A stretch of 24,540 nt of DNA, from contig PRDJ01000043.1 in NCBI GenBank assembly GCA_003345555.1, positions 1 through 24,540 of the forward strand, in the 5' to 3' direction. The position numbers and the translations under genes were made by a program. Positions 1-7,602 of this stretch are shown in pieces. This DNA is from Candidatus Thorarchaeota archaeon (GTDB lineage Archaea; Asgardarchaeota; Thorarchaeia; Thorarchaeales; Thorarchaeaceae). How positions within the stretch are numbered: the first letter of the stretch is position 1; each line of letters starts with the position of its first letter. A model generated the notes under the pieces. The model saw only the letters and a list, made by a program, of their open reading frames with translations, was not told where the DNA came from and ran no database searches.

Positions 1-496
1 GCTTCTTCCATTGCTCAATCTCACTGCAGGGCCACTCGACCTTGTCACCCAGTTTGATGGCCAGTTGGAGTGCAGCGTCTATCTGCTCCTTTCTTTCCTG
101 CAGAAGATTAGTACGTGACTCTCCCCATGTAACAGCTGATTCCAAATGATCCAGAGCTGCGCAATGCAGGTCGAAGAAAGATACACCCCGACTGACCGTC
201 TTTCGTCCTAGTCCTAGGCAGCTGAACTTCCTCACGAGACGTTGGTGCTTTATAGTACCGGCCAAGGCAATCACGATGTAGGAAGTCATTACCAGCAGGC
301 CATACGCAGTCAAGTGTGCAAACAAAAGCAAAATCAGTCCAAGCATTGAGAACAGCAACCCAAACAGAATGGGCGGCATTATGTCTCGACCCTCCTCGTA
401 TACCGGGCGTCTGCCGTCGGCAAGTCTTCTGTCGAACTCCTCAAAGCTATCGTTCACGAGCTGACAACTGCCCCCAACATTGTCACTGCTGTGCAT
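1..496 (-). CDS. Hypothetical membrane protein, partial (3' end runs off the window start); absent from the ORF track
   Basis: Manual translation gives an open frame from ATG 496 to the edge: MHSSDNVGGSCQ...MPPILFGLLFSMLGLILLLFAHLTAYGLLVMTSYIVIALAG...EQIDAALQLAIKLGDKVEWPCSEIEQWKK. It has two hydrophobic helices. An alternative ATG at 379 is preceded by GAGGAGGG. Confidence 0.7.
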   Translation of the reverse strand, partial: MHSSDNVGGSCQLVNDSFEEFDRRLADGRRPVYEEGRDIMPPILFGLLFSMLGLILLLFAHLTAYGLLVMTSYIVIALAGTIKHQRLVRKFSCLGLGRKTVSRGVSFFDLHCAALDHLESAVTWGESRTNLLQERKEQIDAALQLAIKLGDKVEWPCSEIEQWKK

Positions 497-642
497 ATGA
501 GAGAAGAGGCATATAAGCTATGCTTGCGAGACTTGTCCACACTAGGCTTTCTGAATTCCCTAACGCGTCCCCTCGACGGCACAGACCGGTTTTGTCTGCT
601 GATACTGGCTTCGGAGCTGGCGCTGGTGCAGAGTGCGAATTC

Positions 643-2151
643 CTAAGGGAAAAAGGTGTGGAAGAATCTGCCGTCCCTGTGGCACAGTATCTGAACTACG
701 TGACGCCCGGAGTAAATGCAGCTTGGTACGCCTCCCCCGGGAAGAACCCACTGGCCAGCCATGTAGAAGTCCTTGAGGCCCGGCAGACTCCTCGGCACCT
801 GAGCCATTAGCGTTTCAGCGGTCATCAGCCACCCCATGGGTGACCCCTCGTGGTTCAGGGTGTATCGCCAAGTCGTCTGTGGTGTAGCGACATCAGTCAT
901 CTCGACTTGAGACTCAATCCCGGGGTAGTGTTCCTCCAGTCTGCTCAAGACCTCTGCAGCTACCCGCTCTTTCTCTGCTTCATACTTCGGCCGATCCTTG
1001 ACAAGACGGTCCCAGTAGTCCCACTCCGTCTCGAGCATGACTTGGATGACGGTCTTCCCTTGAGGAGCAAACTTGTCGCTATAGTTGAATACTCTCAGCG
1101 GCAAACAGCTTATCTCGCGAGACCCCAACTTCAATGGGTGCTTCAGGAGAAACATATTGAGCGGAGGGTCGTCTGGGAACGTCCGCCTCGCTCCAAAACT
1201 CATCATGACAGTTGGAGAGTACGTTCTCCAGTTCGAGTATTGCTTCCTGACGCCATCGTTGATGTAACGTCCGCCCAGCATCTTGAATATCGTACTGCGA
1301 CCATCAGCGGCAGACACAACGATGTCCGCCTTATGCTCGGTCCCGTCTTCTAGTCGCACTCCGACTGCCTTGTTATTCTCCACCAGGACTGTCTCCACTG
1401 TGGAATTGTAACTGACCTGTCCTCCAAGGTCTTTGTACCGCTTCTCGATAGGCAGAATGAAACCGGGACAACCCCCTTCAAGAAGGCCCAGCTGCCCTGC
1501 CGCCACTGTGGCCACTATCATTATGATGAACCAAGCTGGTCCATCTGGAGAGAAGAGGTTCTCGAACATCACTCTAGTGAACGGGTTGTGCATTGTCCGA
1601 GCGTACTCAGCGGCAGACTTCGAGTATCCGCCAACGAAGTACTTCATGAAACCGCGCATAGCCCAAATCTCGCGTAGGGTCCCTAGCTTGCCCTTGAGCT
1701 CGGGCGGCAATGCCATTCCCAGGTCCATTAAGAGCGGCGAGTCTTTCAGTCTGCGTGCCTCTCCAATGAACGCATCCACTGCCTTTGCATCATCTGGAGA
1801 GATTCGCTTCAGATCACTAGCCAGCTTGTCCAAGTCACGAGTGAAGTCTACCTTCAGACCACTTGCCTCGTCAACGAAGCGCATGTATCTGTCCATGTCT
1901 ACACATGTTGTGGTCTGCACGGCACCCAGCTCGCGGTATACGTCGTATATAGCGCTGCCCGGTCTGTGTGCTATCAAAAAGTGAATCCCACCATCTATGA
2001 GATACTCTCCTCTCCTCCATGCGGCCGCCAGACCACCCGGTTTCGAATGATGTTCGAAGATATGGCTTTGATAGTCATTCATCTGGGCATAGCACCCTGC
2101 TGACAGCCCCGCGAGTCCAGCCCCGATTATGATTAACGATTTCTCGTGCAA
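643..2151 (-). CDS. NAD(P)/FAD-dependent oxidoreductase, phytoene desaturase-like superfamily (COG1233 type)
   Basis: N-terminal Rossmann motif IIIGAGLAGL, KPGG, LIDGGIHFL, second dinucleotide fold IVVSAAD and C-terminal FYMAGQWVLPGGGVP. The track start (2190) overlaps the upstream gene; TTG at 2151 with GAGGT upstream is the likelier start. Confidence 0.88.
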   Translation of the reverse strand: MHEKSLIIIGAGLAGLSAGCYAQMNDYQSHIFEHHSKPGGLAAAWRRGEYLIDGGIHFLIAHRPGSAIYDVYRELGAVQTTTCVDMDRYMRFVDEASGLKVDFTRDLDKLASDLKRISPDDAKAVDAFIGEARRLKDSPLLMDLGMALPPELKGKLGTLREIWAMRGFMKYFVGGYSKSAAEYARTMHNPFTRVMFENLFSPDGPAWFIIMIVATVAAGQLGLLEGGCPGFILPIEKRYKDLGGQVSYNSTVETVLVENNKAVGVRLEDGTEHKADIVVSAADGRSTIFKMLGGRYINDGVRKQYSNWRTYSPTVMMSFGARRTFPDDPPLNMFLLKHPLKLGSREISCLPLRVFNYSDKFAPQGKTVIQVMLETEWDYWDRLVKDRPKYEAEKERVAAEVLSRLEEHYPGIESQVEMTDVATPQTTWRYTLNHEGSPMGWLMTAETLMAQVPRSLPGLKDFYMAGQWVLPGGGVPSCIYSGRHVVQILCHRDGRFFHTFFP

Positions 2152-2164
2152 GATTCCAGACCTC

Positions 2165-2659
2165 TCATGACTTCTTCTTGATAGATGCAACCAGATCGCT
2201 CATCAAATCGCTCCACACCTTTGCGGCTCCAATCTGGTATGAGACAGCCCTTGCCAGCTTCAAATCGCTCTTGCTGACTCGCGCCAGCAGAACCTCCAAC
2301 TTGTCAATAAACACCTGATTCACAACGACGAATCTTTCAAGCATGGATGCAATCATCGAGGTGGAGGACAATGAACGGTACCTATACCCCGCCTTTCTTG
2401 ATCCCGCCTTTTCGATGACTCCATAATCCTCGAGTAGCTTGAGAGCCCTGTTGACAGAGGTTATCGATGTCGGGTACTTGGAGTCTGGAAAGACCTCATG
2501 CAGACGACTGGATATTTCCCTCTGCGACCACTGGCCGCGTTCAAGCAGCAGGAGCCCCTCAATCCAGCCGCAATACTCTGGGTAGCCGTAGCTCTCATAT
2601 GTCTCGCCCATTGCCAAGAGAAAGTGCCGGCGGATTTCACTAGGTATTTCTGAAGCCAC
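2165..2659 (-). CDS. Winged-helix transcriptional regulator, GbsR/MarR-like
   Basis: MGETYESYGYPEYCGWIEGLLLL...SQREIS...SITSVNRALKLLEDYGVIEK...YRY follows the GbsR wHTH pattern. The start is probably GTG 2659, with an AT-rich TATA-like element (2681-2690) 22-31 nt upstream, suggesting a leaderless mRNA. The track start is 2773. The gene ends 13 nt before the oxidoreductase start. Confidence 0.75.
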   Translation of the reverse strand: MASEIPSEIRRHFLLAMGETYESYGYPEYCGWIEGLLLLERGQWSQREISSRLHEVFPDSKYPTSITSVNRALKLLEDYGVIEKAGSRKAGYRYRSLSSTSMIASMLERFVVVNQVFIDKLEVLLARVSKSDLKLARAVSYQIGAAKVWSDLMSDLVASIKKKS

Positions 2660-2873
2660 CTGCCTTTGGACTTCACATAGAATAATATTAGAATTTCGGT
2701 AATCTGAAATTCTGGCATTCATCTGCATCAGTCCTTGGATTTGCCACAAGAATCCTCCGAAAGCATATGCCAAGACGGGAACCTAGGCACTCAGTAGACG
2801 GGGACCATCGTATTGCATCTCATGACAAGACTTGGAAGAGATTGCGCATGTGCAGCAAGAAAGAGATCCCCCA

Positions 2874-2932
2874 GCTCCTATAACTGGAGCCGAGGGAAGA
2901 CTCGGTGCTGAGCAATGACTCAGCAAGAGTCA
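2874..2932. other. Cluster of short inverted repeats (possible structured RNA or terminator region)
   Basis: GCTCC-N7-GGAGC (2874-2890), CCGAG-N6-CTCGG (2890-2905), GCTGAG-N6-CTCAGC (2907-2924) and the overlapping alternative TGACTC-N5-GAGTCA (2916-2932). Confidence 0.4.
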
Positions 2933-2963
2933 CAAGTGAATGGACACAAACTGTGTAAGGTCA

Positions 2964-3314
2964 CTAATCCTTCTTCCTCTTGAAGGGATTCCTCGGACCA
3001 TGAACCTTGACTTTGAACACACCTTCCTTCGATTCTTCGTGCTTCTCTGCCGGCTTCTTCTCAGCGGGCTTCGCCGCTGGTGCTGGAGCTGGCTTCGCAG
3101 CCGGAGCTGGTGCCGGAGCTGGCCTTGGAGCCGGGGCTTGAGCAGGAGCTGGCCTTTGAGCCGGAGCTGGTGCTTGAGCAGGAGCTGGCCTTTGAGCCGG
3201 AGCTGGTGCTTGAGCTGGCCTAGGAGCCGGTGCTGGTGCTGGAGCCGGCTTTGCGGCCGGAGCCCCCTTCTCAGGTTCCTTCTTCTTCTTTGCAGCTGTT
3301 TCTTTATCGCTCAC
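2964..3314 (-). CDS. Small basic Pro/Ala-rich intrinsically disordered protein
   Basis: GTG 3314 lies 9 nt after GGAGG. The product is MSDKETAAKKKKEPEK, about 70 aa of PA/PAQ/KPA repeats, then EKHEESKEGVFKVKVHGPRNPFKRKKD. Third-position variation between the repeat codons supports coding. Confidence 0.75.
   Translation of the reverse strand: MSDKETAAKKKKEPEKGAPAAKPAPAPAPAPRPAQAPAPAQRPAPAQAPAPAQRPAPAQAPAPRPAPAPAPAAKPAPAPAAKPAEKKPAEKHEESKEGVFKVKVHGPRNPFKRKKD
3136..3215. repeat. Exact 36-nt tandem repeat (2 copies plus 8 nt) within the Pro/Ala gene
   Basis: GCTTGAGCAGGAGCTGGCCTTTGAGCCGGAGCTGGT at 3136-3171 and 3172-3207, partial at 3208-3215. It encodes APAPAQRPAPAQ on the minus strand. Confidence 0.92.
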
Positions 3315-3500
3315 ATCATAGTCCTCCACAAGGGAGCGCCCCTTTGGAGTCAAGAGGCTGACTCAGGCGTAAGATAGTTTCTATTTGAGTTTACTGCCCT
3401 ATGGCAAAACAGCCACTTTTCGGCATCTCAACTGAGGATTTGACGCAATCGACAAACCCCTGCAGAAGAACATCTTGTTCCATTAAGCACCCTTACACAG

Positions 3501-3510
3501 GCTTATAAGC
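3501..3510. promoter_or_regulatory. Palindromic TATA-like element, candidate bidirectional promoter
   Basis: Perfect palindrome GCTTATAAGC near the middle of the divergent intergenic region between the Pro/Ala gene and SSB. Confidence 0.35.
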
Positions 3511-3650
3511 AAAAAACAATGACAAGAGACCAGCAGGCGTTACAAGCTCAGAGTTCCGTAGTTGGAGTATAGCAAAGTGGTACATCCCTGAAGCAAACCC
3601 ACGTAGAATGTCTAGTTTTGAAAGCCTGCAAATGAACTGATAAAGGGATA

Positions 3651-4199
3651 TTGAAAATGGATTTCGATACCGAGCCCGTAGAGGCAACTGTGGCTGAACT
3701 AAAGCCCAGCATGAGAAACTTGACCGTTACCTTCAAGGTGGTCGAGATTGGTGAGGAGCGAGAGATCAGCTCTCGTGACACCGGAGAAGCCCATCGCGTG
3801 GTTGATGCGCGAGTTGGAGACTCCACTGGTACTGTGTTGGTCCCACTGTGGGACGACGCCATCGACAAGATGGAAGTCGGATCAACCTACAAGTTGACCA
3901 ACGGCTATACTGGTCTCTTCAGGGGTAACCTGAGACTAAACATAGGCAAGTATGGTCAGATTGCCGAAGCCGAACAAGCCATCGAGGACGTAAAATCGGA
4001 CCTCGATATGTCTGCCGCAGAGCATGAGGACACCCGTCCCCCAAGGCGAAGCTATGGCGGACGAGGAGGCTATGGTGGCGGCGGCTACGGCGGCGAACGT
4101 CGTGGCGGCTTCGATGACGACCGAAGGAGCAGTGGCGGTGGTTACGGTGGCCGCGACCGCAGAGGCGGTGGCAGCTACGGACGCCGCGACAGGCGTTAG
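3651..4199 (+). CDS. ssb: Single-stranded DNA-binding protein, single OB-fold crenarchaeal type, with Gly/Arg/Tyr-rich tail
   Basis: VAELKPSMRNLTVTFKVVEIGEERE...HRVVDARVGDSTGTVLVPLWD...KLTNGYTGLFRGNLRLNIGKYGQI matches the Sulfolobus-type SSB OB fold. The C-terminus is an RGG/YGG low-complexity tail. The start is TTG 3651 or ATG 3657. Confidence 0.88.
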   Translation: MKMDFDTEPVEATVAELKPSMRNLTVTFKVVEIGEEREISSRDTGEAHRVVDARVGDSTGTVLVPLWDDAIDKMEVGSTYKLTNGYTGLFRGNLRLNIGKYGQIAEAEQAIEDVKSDLDMSAAEHEDTRPPRRSYGGRGGYGGGGYGGERRGGFDDDRRSSGGGYGGRDRRGGGSYGRRDRR

Positions 4200-4225
4200 T
4201 CTCAAGAAACACAATTGAATCTGAA

Positions 4226-4254
4226 TGGGAACGACCTTGTGAGGGCCGTTCCCA
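4226..4254 (+). terminator. Stem-loop downstream of ssb, putative terminator
   Basis: TGGGAACG-ACCTTGTGAGGGC-CGTTCCCA, followed by the pyrimidine-rich TGCTTCTTTTCC, 27 nt after the stop. Confidence 0.5.
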
Positions 4255-4658
4255 ATGCTTCTTTTCCAAAGGCACGGGCCCTGCCTTGCATAAGCTAATT
4301 CATCACAGAATCTCAACAATAGCACGTCATGCGCGAGAGACTCTGAGAGCCTATTCATGAATCCAGTTCTATCTTCGTCCAATAGGGTGACAGGTTTTCT
4401 GCTGGATTGATTAGCGCAGTCTGCGGATTCAATATCAGCATCACGAGCAACCATGCAAGGACAATGGTCTCGTCTTTCAATCCACTTCCCTCTCAGCTGA
4501 CATTCAAATCCCGAACGCCGAGCTCCTATTCCTTTCGTCGCACCAAGGGTTGTACCCGAAGGCACTGATTGAGATTGGTTCCGAACCAGTTACTGCCTTA
4601 GTGAAGAACCATGAGTCGACCGATACGGACGGCCTGTCACGATAATGGAAACTCGGTT

Positions 4659-6512
4659 CTACAATCCGGTCTCTCTCGATCCAAATCGTTTTACGCGAAT
4701 CAGGAGAAACACAGGCGTGACAACGACGGCCGCTGAAATGAAGAACCAGAGAATCAGACTAATATCGAACGGAAAGACACTTAGTTCTACATACAGACGC
4801 CAGAAGTACAGTCTCTCTGTTATGTCCGGTGAGACTCCGTTGACGTCTAATCCTGCTACGACAGTATTGTGACTCTGCCAAAGCGGAACCATTGAACAGT
4901 CGTACGCCTGTAAGTCTTGCAGAGCTGAGTAGTTGGCGTACCGATCGATATACGTTGTTGCATTCCTGCCTCCGACCCAGTAGTTGTACTGGGTTACACC
5001 TCCATATGTGCTGTTGAAGCCCATGTTCAGCCAATTAGCAAAGGGCAAGGACGCATATTCGTCAGCGTCTGCAAGATATCCGGTCCGGCCGTAGAGAAAC
5101 ACGGGCATGGATGCATTGTCTCGAAGCTCCCTGTAGCTACCCCAATCTGCAGCGTGGAGGTTGACTCTTATGACTCCGCTTGCTTCAAGGTCTGACTCAC
5201 AGATAAGGGCTTGCTCATAACTCAAGGGATAGTGTCCGGAGCTCTCGTACCAGATGTCTACCGTGAGCTCGTTGGTTGAGTTATAGCCAAGCGGCGTCAG
5301 CAGACTCTGTGCGTACGTGTAGTTGGCCGAGCCATATATCGCGAAGGCGTCCTTGTGGTACGCCACGCCGTTCGGAATGAAACTATAGAGCGGTTCTGCA
5401 GTAGCCAAGAAAGCGGTAACACAGAGGTTGGTTCTGTTCAAGCATGCGGCGATGGCCTTCCTTACGTTGGCATTATCGAAAGGCGCAATCCTCTGCTGGA
5501 AGCATATGTACTGGATTTGTGCTCCGTGACCTTCCCAGACATTGATGTTGGGGTTGGTCTTGAAGGTGGCGACTTCAGGCGGCACGAGTCCCCTGTACGC
5601 GACGTCAATCTGGCCGAGATTTATAGCAGAATCCAGCACTACATCGTCTGAGAATACCTTTATGATGATCCGCTCGGTCACCGGAAAGCCGCCAGTGATG
5701 TTCCAATAGTTTGGGTTCTTGTGCAGCCATATTTCCTGGTCGGTCCCTCCGAAGCGAGTCCACATTTCAAGTTGATATGGTCCCAGTCCGCATGCACTGC
5801 TAGCATTGGGGTTGCCTTCAGTGTAGAGGACCAGACTATTCATGGGGGCTCGTATTGGATCAACCATGTAAGATGCCGCACAAGATATGAGCTGAAGGAA
5901 AGGAGCGAATGGAATCTTGAGATTGAACCTGACTGCGTAGGTTCCCAATGTTGTGACGTTCTTTATGATGTCAGAATATCCCATGCTGACCTGTGGGCCA
6001 TCGAGCTCGGCGAGTCCGTTACCAGTCAAATTGCAGTTCCTGTCGAATGTATATTTGACGCAGCTAGCGTTGAATGGCCTGACACCATCGTAAGTTACGT
6101 CAGTCCTCAACTGAAAGTCCCAGATAAGGCCGCCTCCGCCGCAAGTCCAGCTTGTTGCCAAAGCAGGGACTATGTAGTCGGACACGTTATCGAGTCCTGG
6201 TTCGATATCTACCAGGCCGGAACTAAGTGAGGTCATGATGTCCCAGCCAGAGTAAGAATGCTCCAGTGCCGGATCTAGACAAGATTCTACTCCGTAGGTC
6301 GTACCCACCGTGATAACATCAGCATGTTCTGCGGCGAGAACCGAAACGCTGCCAGTTGCCTCCTGCATCACAGCCTTCAACGTACCCTCACGAACTGCGC
6401 ATTGGAACTTCATTCCTTCTAGGGACTGCAGCTGGACAGAAGTAATAGGAATCATTCCAAGGATGCCAGCGAACATTACCACGAACAGGACATATCTTTT
6501 CTCAAGCCTCAT
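4659..6512 (-). CDS. ABC transporter substrate-binding protein, family 5 (DppA/OppA-like), archaeal type with C-terminal membrane anchor; orphan
   Basis: N-terminal hydrophobic signal, LDPA, VPALATSW, FQLRTDVTYDG..PFNASCVKYTF, GLGPYQL, NPNYW, PFDNANVRKAIA and a C-terminal TM helix followed by RVKR. Confidence 0.88.
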   Translation of the reverse strand: MRLEKRYVLFVVMFAGILGMIPITSVQLQSLEGMKFQCAVREGTLKAVMQEATGSVSVLAAEHADVITVGTTYGVESCLDPALEHSYSGWDIMTSLSSGLVDIEPGLDNVSDYIVPALATSWTCGGGGLIWDFQLRTDVTYDGVRPFNASCVKYTFDRNCNLTGNGLAELDGPQVSMGYSDIIKNVTTLGTYAVRFNLKIPFAPFLQLISCAASYMVDPIRAPMNSLVLYTEGNPNASSACGLGPYQLEMWTRFGGTDQEIWLHKNPNYWNITGGFPVTERIIIKVFSDDVVLDSAINLGQIDVAYRGLVPPEVATFKTNPNINVWEGHGAQIQYICFQQRIAPFDNANVRKAIAACLNRTNLCVTAFLATAEPLYSFIPNGVAYHKDAFAIYGSANYTYAQSLLTPLGYNSTNELTVDIWYESSGHYPLSYEQALICESDLEASGVIRVNLHAADWGSYRELRDNASMPVFLYGRTGYLADADEYASLPFANWLNMGFNSTYGGVTQYNYWVGGRNATTYIDRYANYSALQDLQAYDCSMVPLWQSHNTVVAGLDVNGVSPDITERLYFWRLYVELSVFPFDISLILWFFISAAVVVTPVFLLIRVKRFGSRETGL

Positions 6513-6742
6513 TGCTCAACCTTCATTCGACCGGGCCACGGGTCGCTGGCCAGCGCTGACGAACCTGAAACTCGGATGCCCGACTCATGTTCACGATGAC
6601 ACTGCACAGTCAGAAGCAGTAACTTAAGCATTATGCAAACCCCATAGTGCTCGTTTCTTGTGTTACGGCATCTTTAAGAATCAAAGCGCCAATAACATGT
6701 TCTGTTAGCTCTCAGAAAAACGGAATGCAAGGAGGAACAGGT

Positions 6743-7453
6743 ATGGGCTCAGAGGGGATAATCGCCAAGCCATTCGACAAGAGGCACTTCCCCTCATGGG
6801 GTATCGTCGGATCTGTAATCGGCCTTGTCTCTATTATCGGAAGGATTCTGAATGTGGGAGGCTATTCGGAATTCGGATTCTTCGTCTCTATCTTGTCCGG
6901 TTTTGGATTGATACTCGCGGGTATCGCCTTCATCCCATTCATGATAGGACTTGGATGGTACATGGACTCGCGTTTCTCCACCTCGAAACTGGCCGCCATG
7001 GTTGGTATGTTCTATGCGAATGCGATGGTCTTCGTTGGCGTCTTCGAGACCATTTGGAGAGAGATCTGGATAGGCTGGTTGTCTTTTCTCTTCAGTGGCA
7101 TGATCATGACCGGACTGTGGACGACAGCCATTTTTCTCCAGCGCACAGTCAAAGCACACAGGCTACTTTCGCTGTTCGGGATAGTCGACATAGGGCTGTT
7201 CGCAGTCTTTCCTCTAGGATACTATCTTTCCACTATCTTCTATTTTCTGGACATGACTTCACGCGGGTTCCTCATCAGCCTCGGTCCGGGTTTCTGGTGG
7301 ATACACAGGATGGTATGGGTCCTCCACTTCGCGATTATGGGCTATATGTTGCTGCTCGCAATTCATATTCGCAGTGAAGAGAAAGAGACTCGAGAACCGT
7401 CCGTTATATTCCAACAATTCCCTAGCCAGACTCCACTGCCGACGTCGGGGTAG
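6743..7453 (+). CDS. DUF998-like polytopic membrane protein (single module)
   Basis: ATG 6743 lies 7 nt after GGAGG (6731-6735); the track start is 6647. It has about 6 hydrophobic helices and is clearly paralogous to the C-terminal half of the next gene (LAGIAFIPFMIGLG.Y.DSRF...KLAA.VG; FSGMIMTGLW...LQRT). Confidence 0.7.
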   Translation: MGSEGIIAKPFDKRHFPSWGIVGSVIGLVSIIGRILNVGGYSEFGFFVSILSGFGLILAGIAFIPFMIGLGWYMDSRFSTSKLAAMVGMFYANAMVFVGVFETIWREIWIGWLSFLFSGMIMTGLWTTAIFLQRTVKAHRLLSLFGIVDIGLFAVFPLGYYLSTIFYFLDMTSRGFLISLGPGFWWIHRMVWVLHFAIMGYMLLLAIHIRSEEKETREPSVIFQQFPSQTPLPTSG

Positions 7454-7602
7454 AATAATCAGACCAGCCTGTCAGAACGCAACCCTACTAAACCAAGACG
7501 CCTCCACATCTCTTCTGTATGCCAGGACAGACCAATATCCTTGCAGGCTGGGACCATTTAAGAGAACCTTTGATTCCGCAAGCCCTTGAGGGAATGCAGA
7601 TC

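Noticed and set aside
850-1984. Plus-strand ORFs 850-1353, 1085-1267 and 1433-1984
   Set aside because: They lie wholly antisense to the motif-rich FAD oxidoreductase and have no recognisable features.
643-2151. Calling the oxidoreductase crtI (carotenoid pathway)
   Set aside because: Only superfamily-level motifs are visible and there are no other carotenoid genes in the window.
2907-2916. GCTGAGCAAT matching the pET/T7 terminator region
   Set aside because: Only 10 nt match and the following sequence diverges, so it is not vector contamination.
3136-3215. 36-nt repeat as a possible CRISPR array
   Set aside because: The copies are directly adjacent with no spacers, are in frame within a coding region, and no cas genes are present.
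2916-3365. TGACTCA (AP-1/GCN4-like) on both sides of the Pro/Ala gene, with GAGTCA partners, as element ends
   Set aside because: Two 7-mers are within chance expectation, and there is no transposase, target-site duplication or bZIP-type factor.
2940-3377. Plus-strand 145-aa ORF with SRSW repeats
   Set aside because: It is the antisense shadow of the Pro/Ala repeat gene. The minus frame has the SD and the third-position degeneracy.
4659-4800. Archaeosortase PGF-CTERM or lipobox signals on the binding proteins
   Set aside because: The C-termini read FPFD and LPPDY rather than PGF, and neither signal peptide has a lipobox Cys. They appear to be plain TM anchors.
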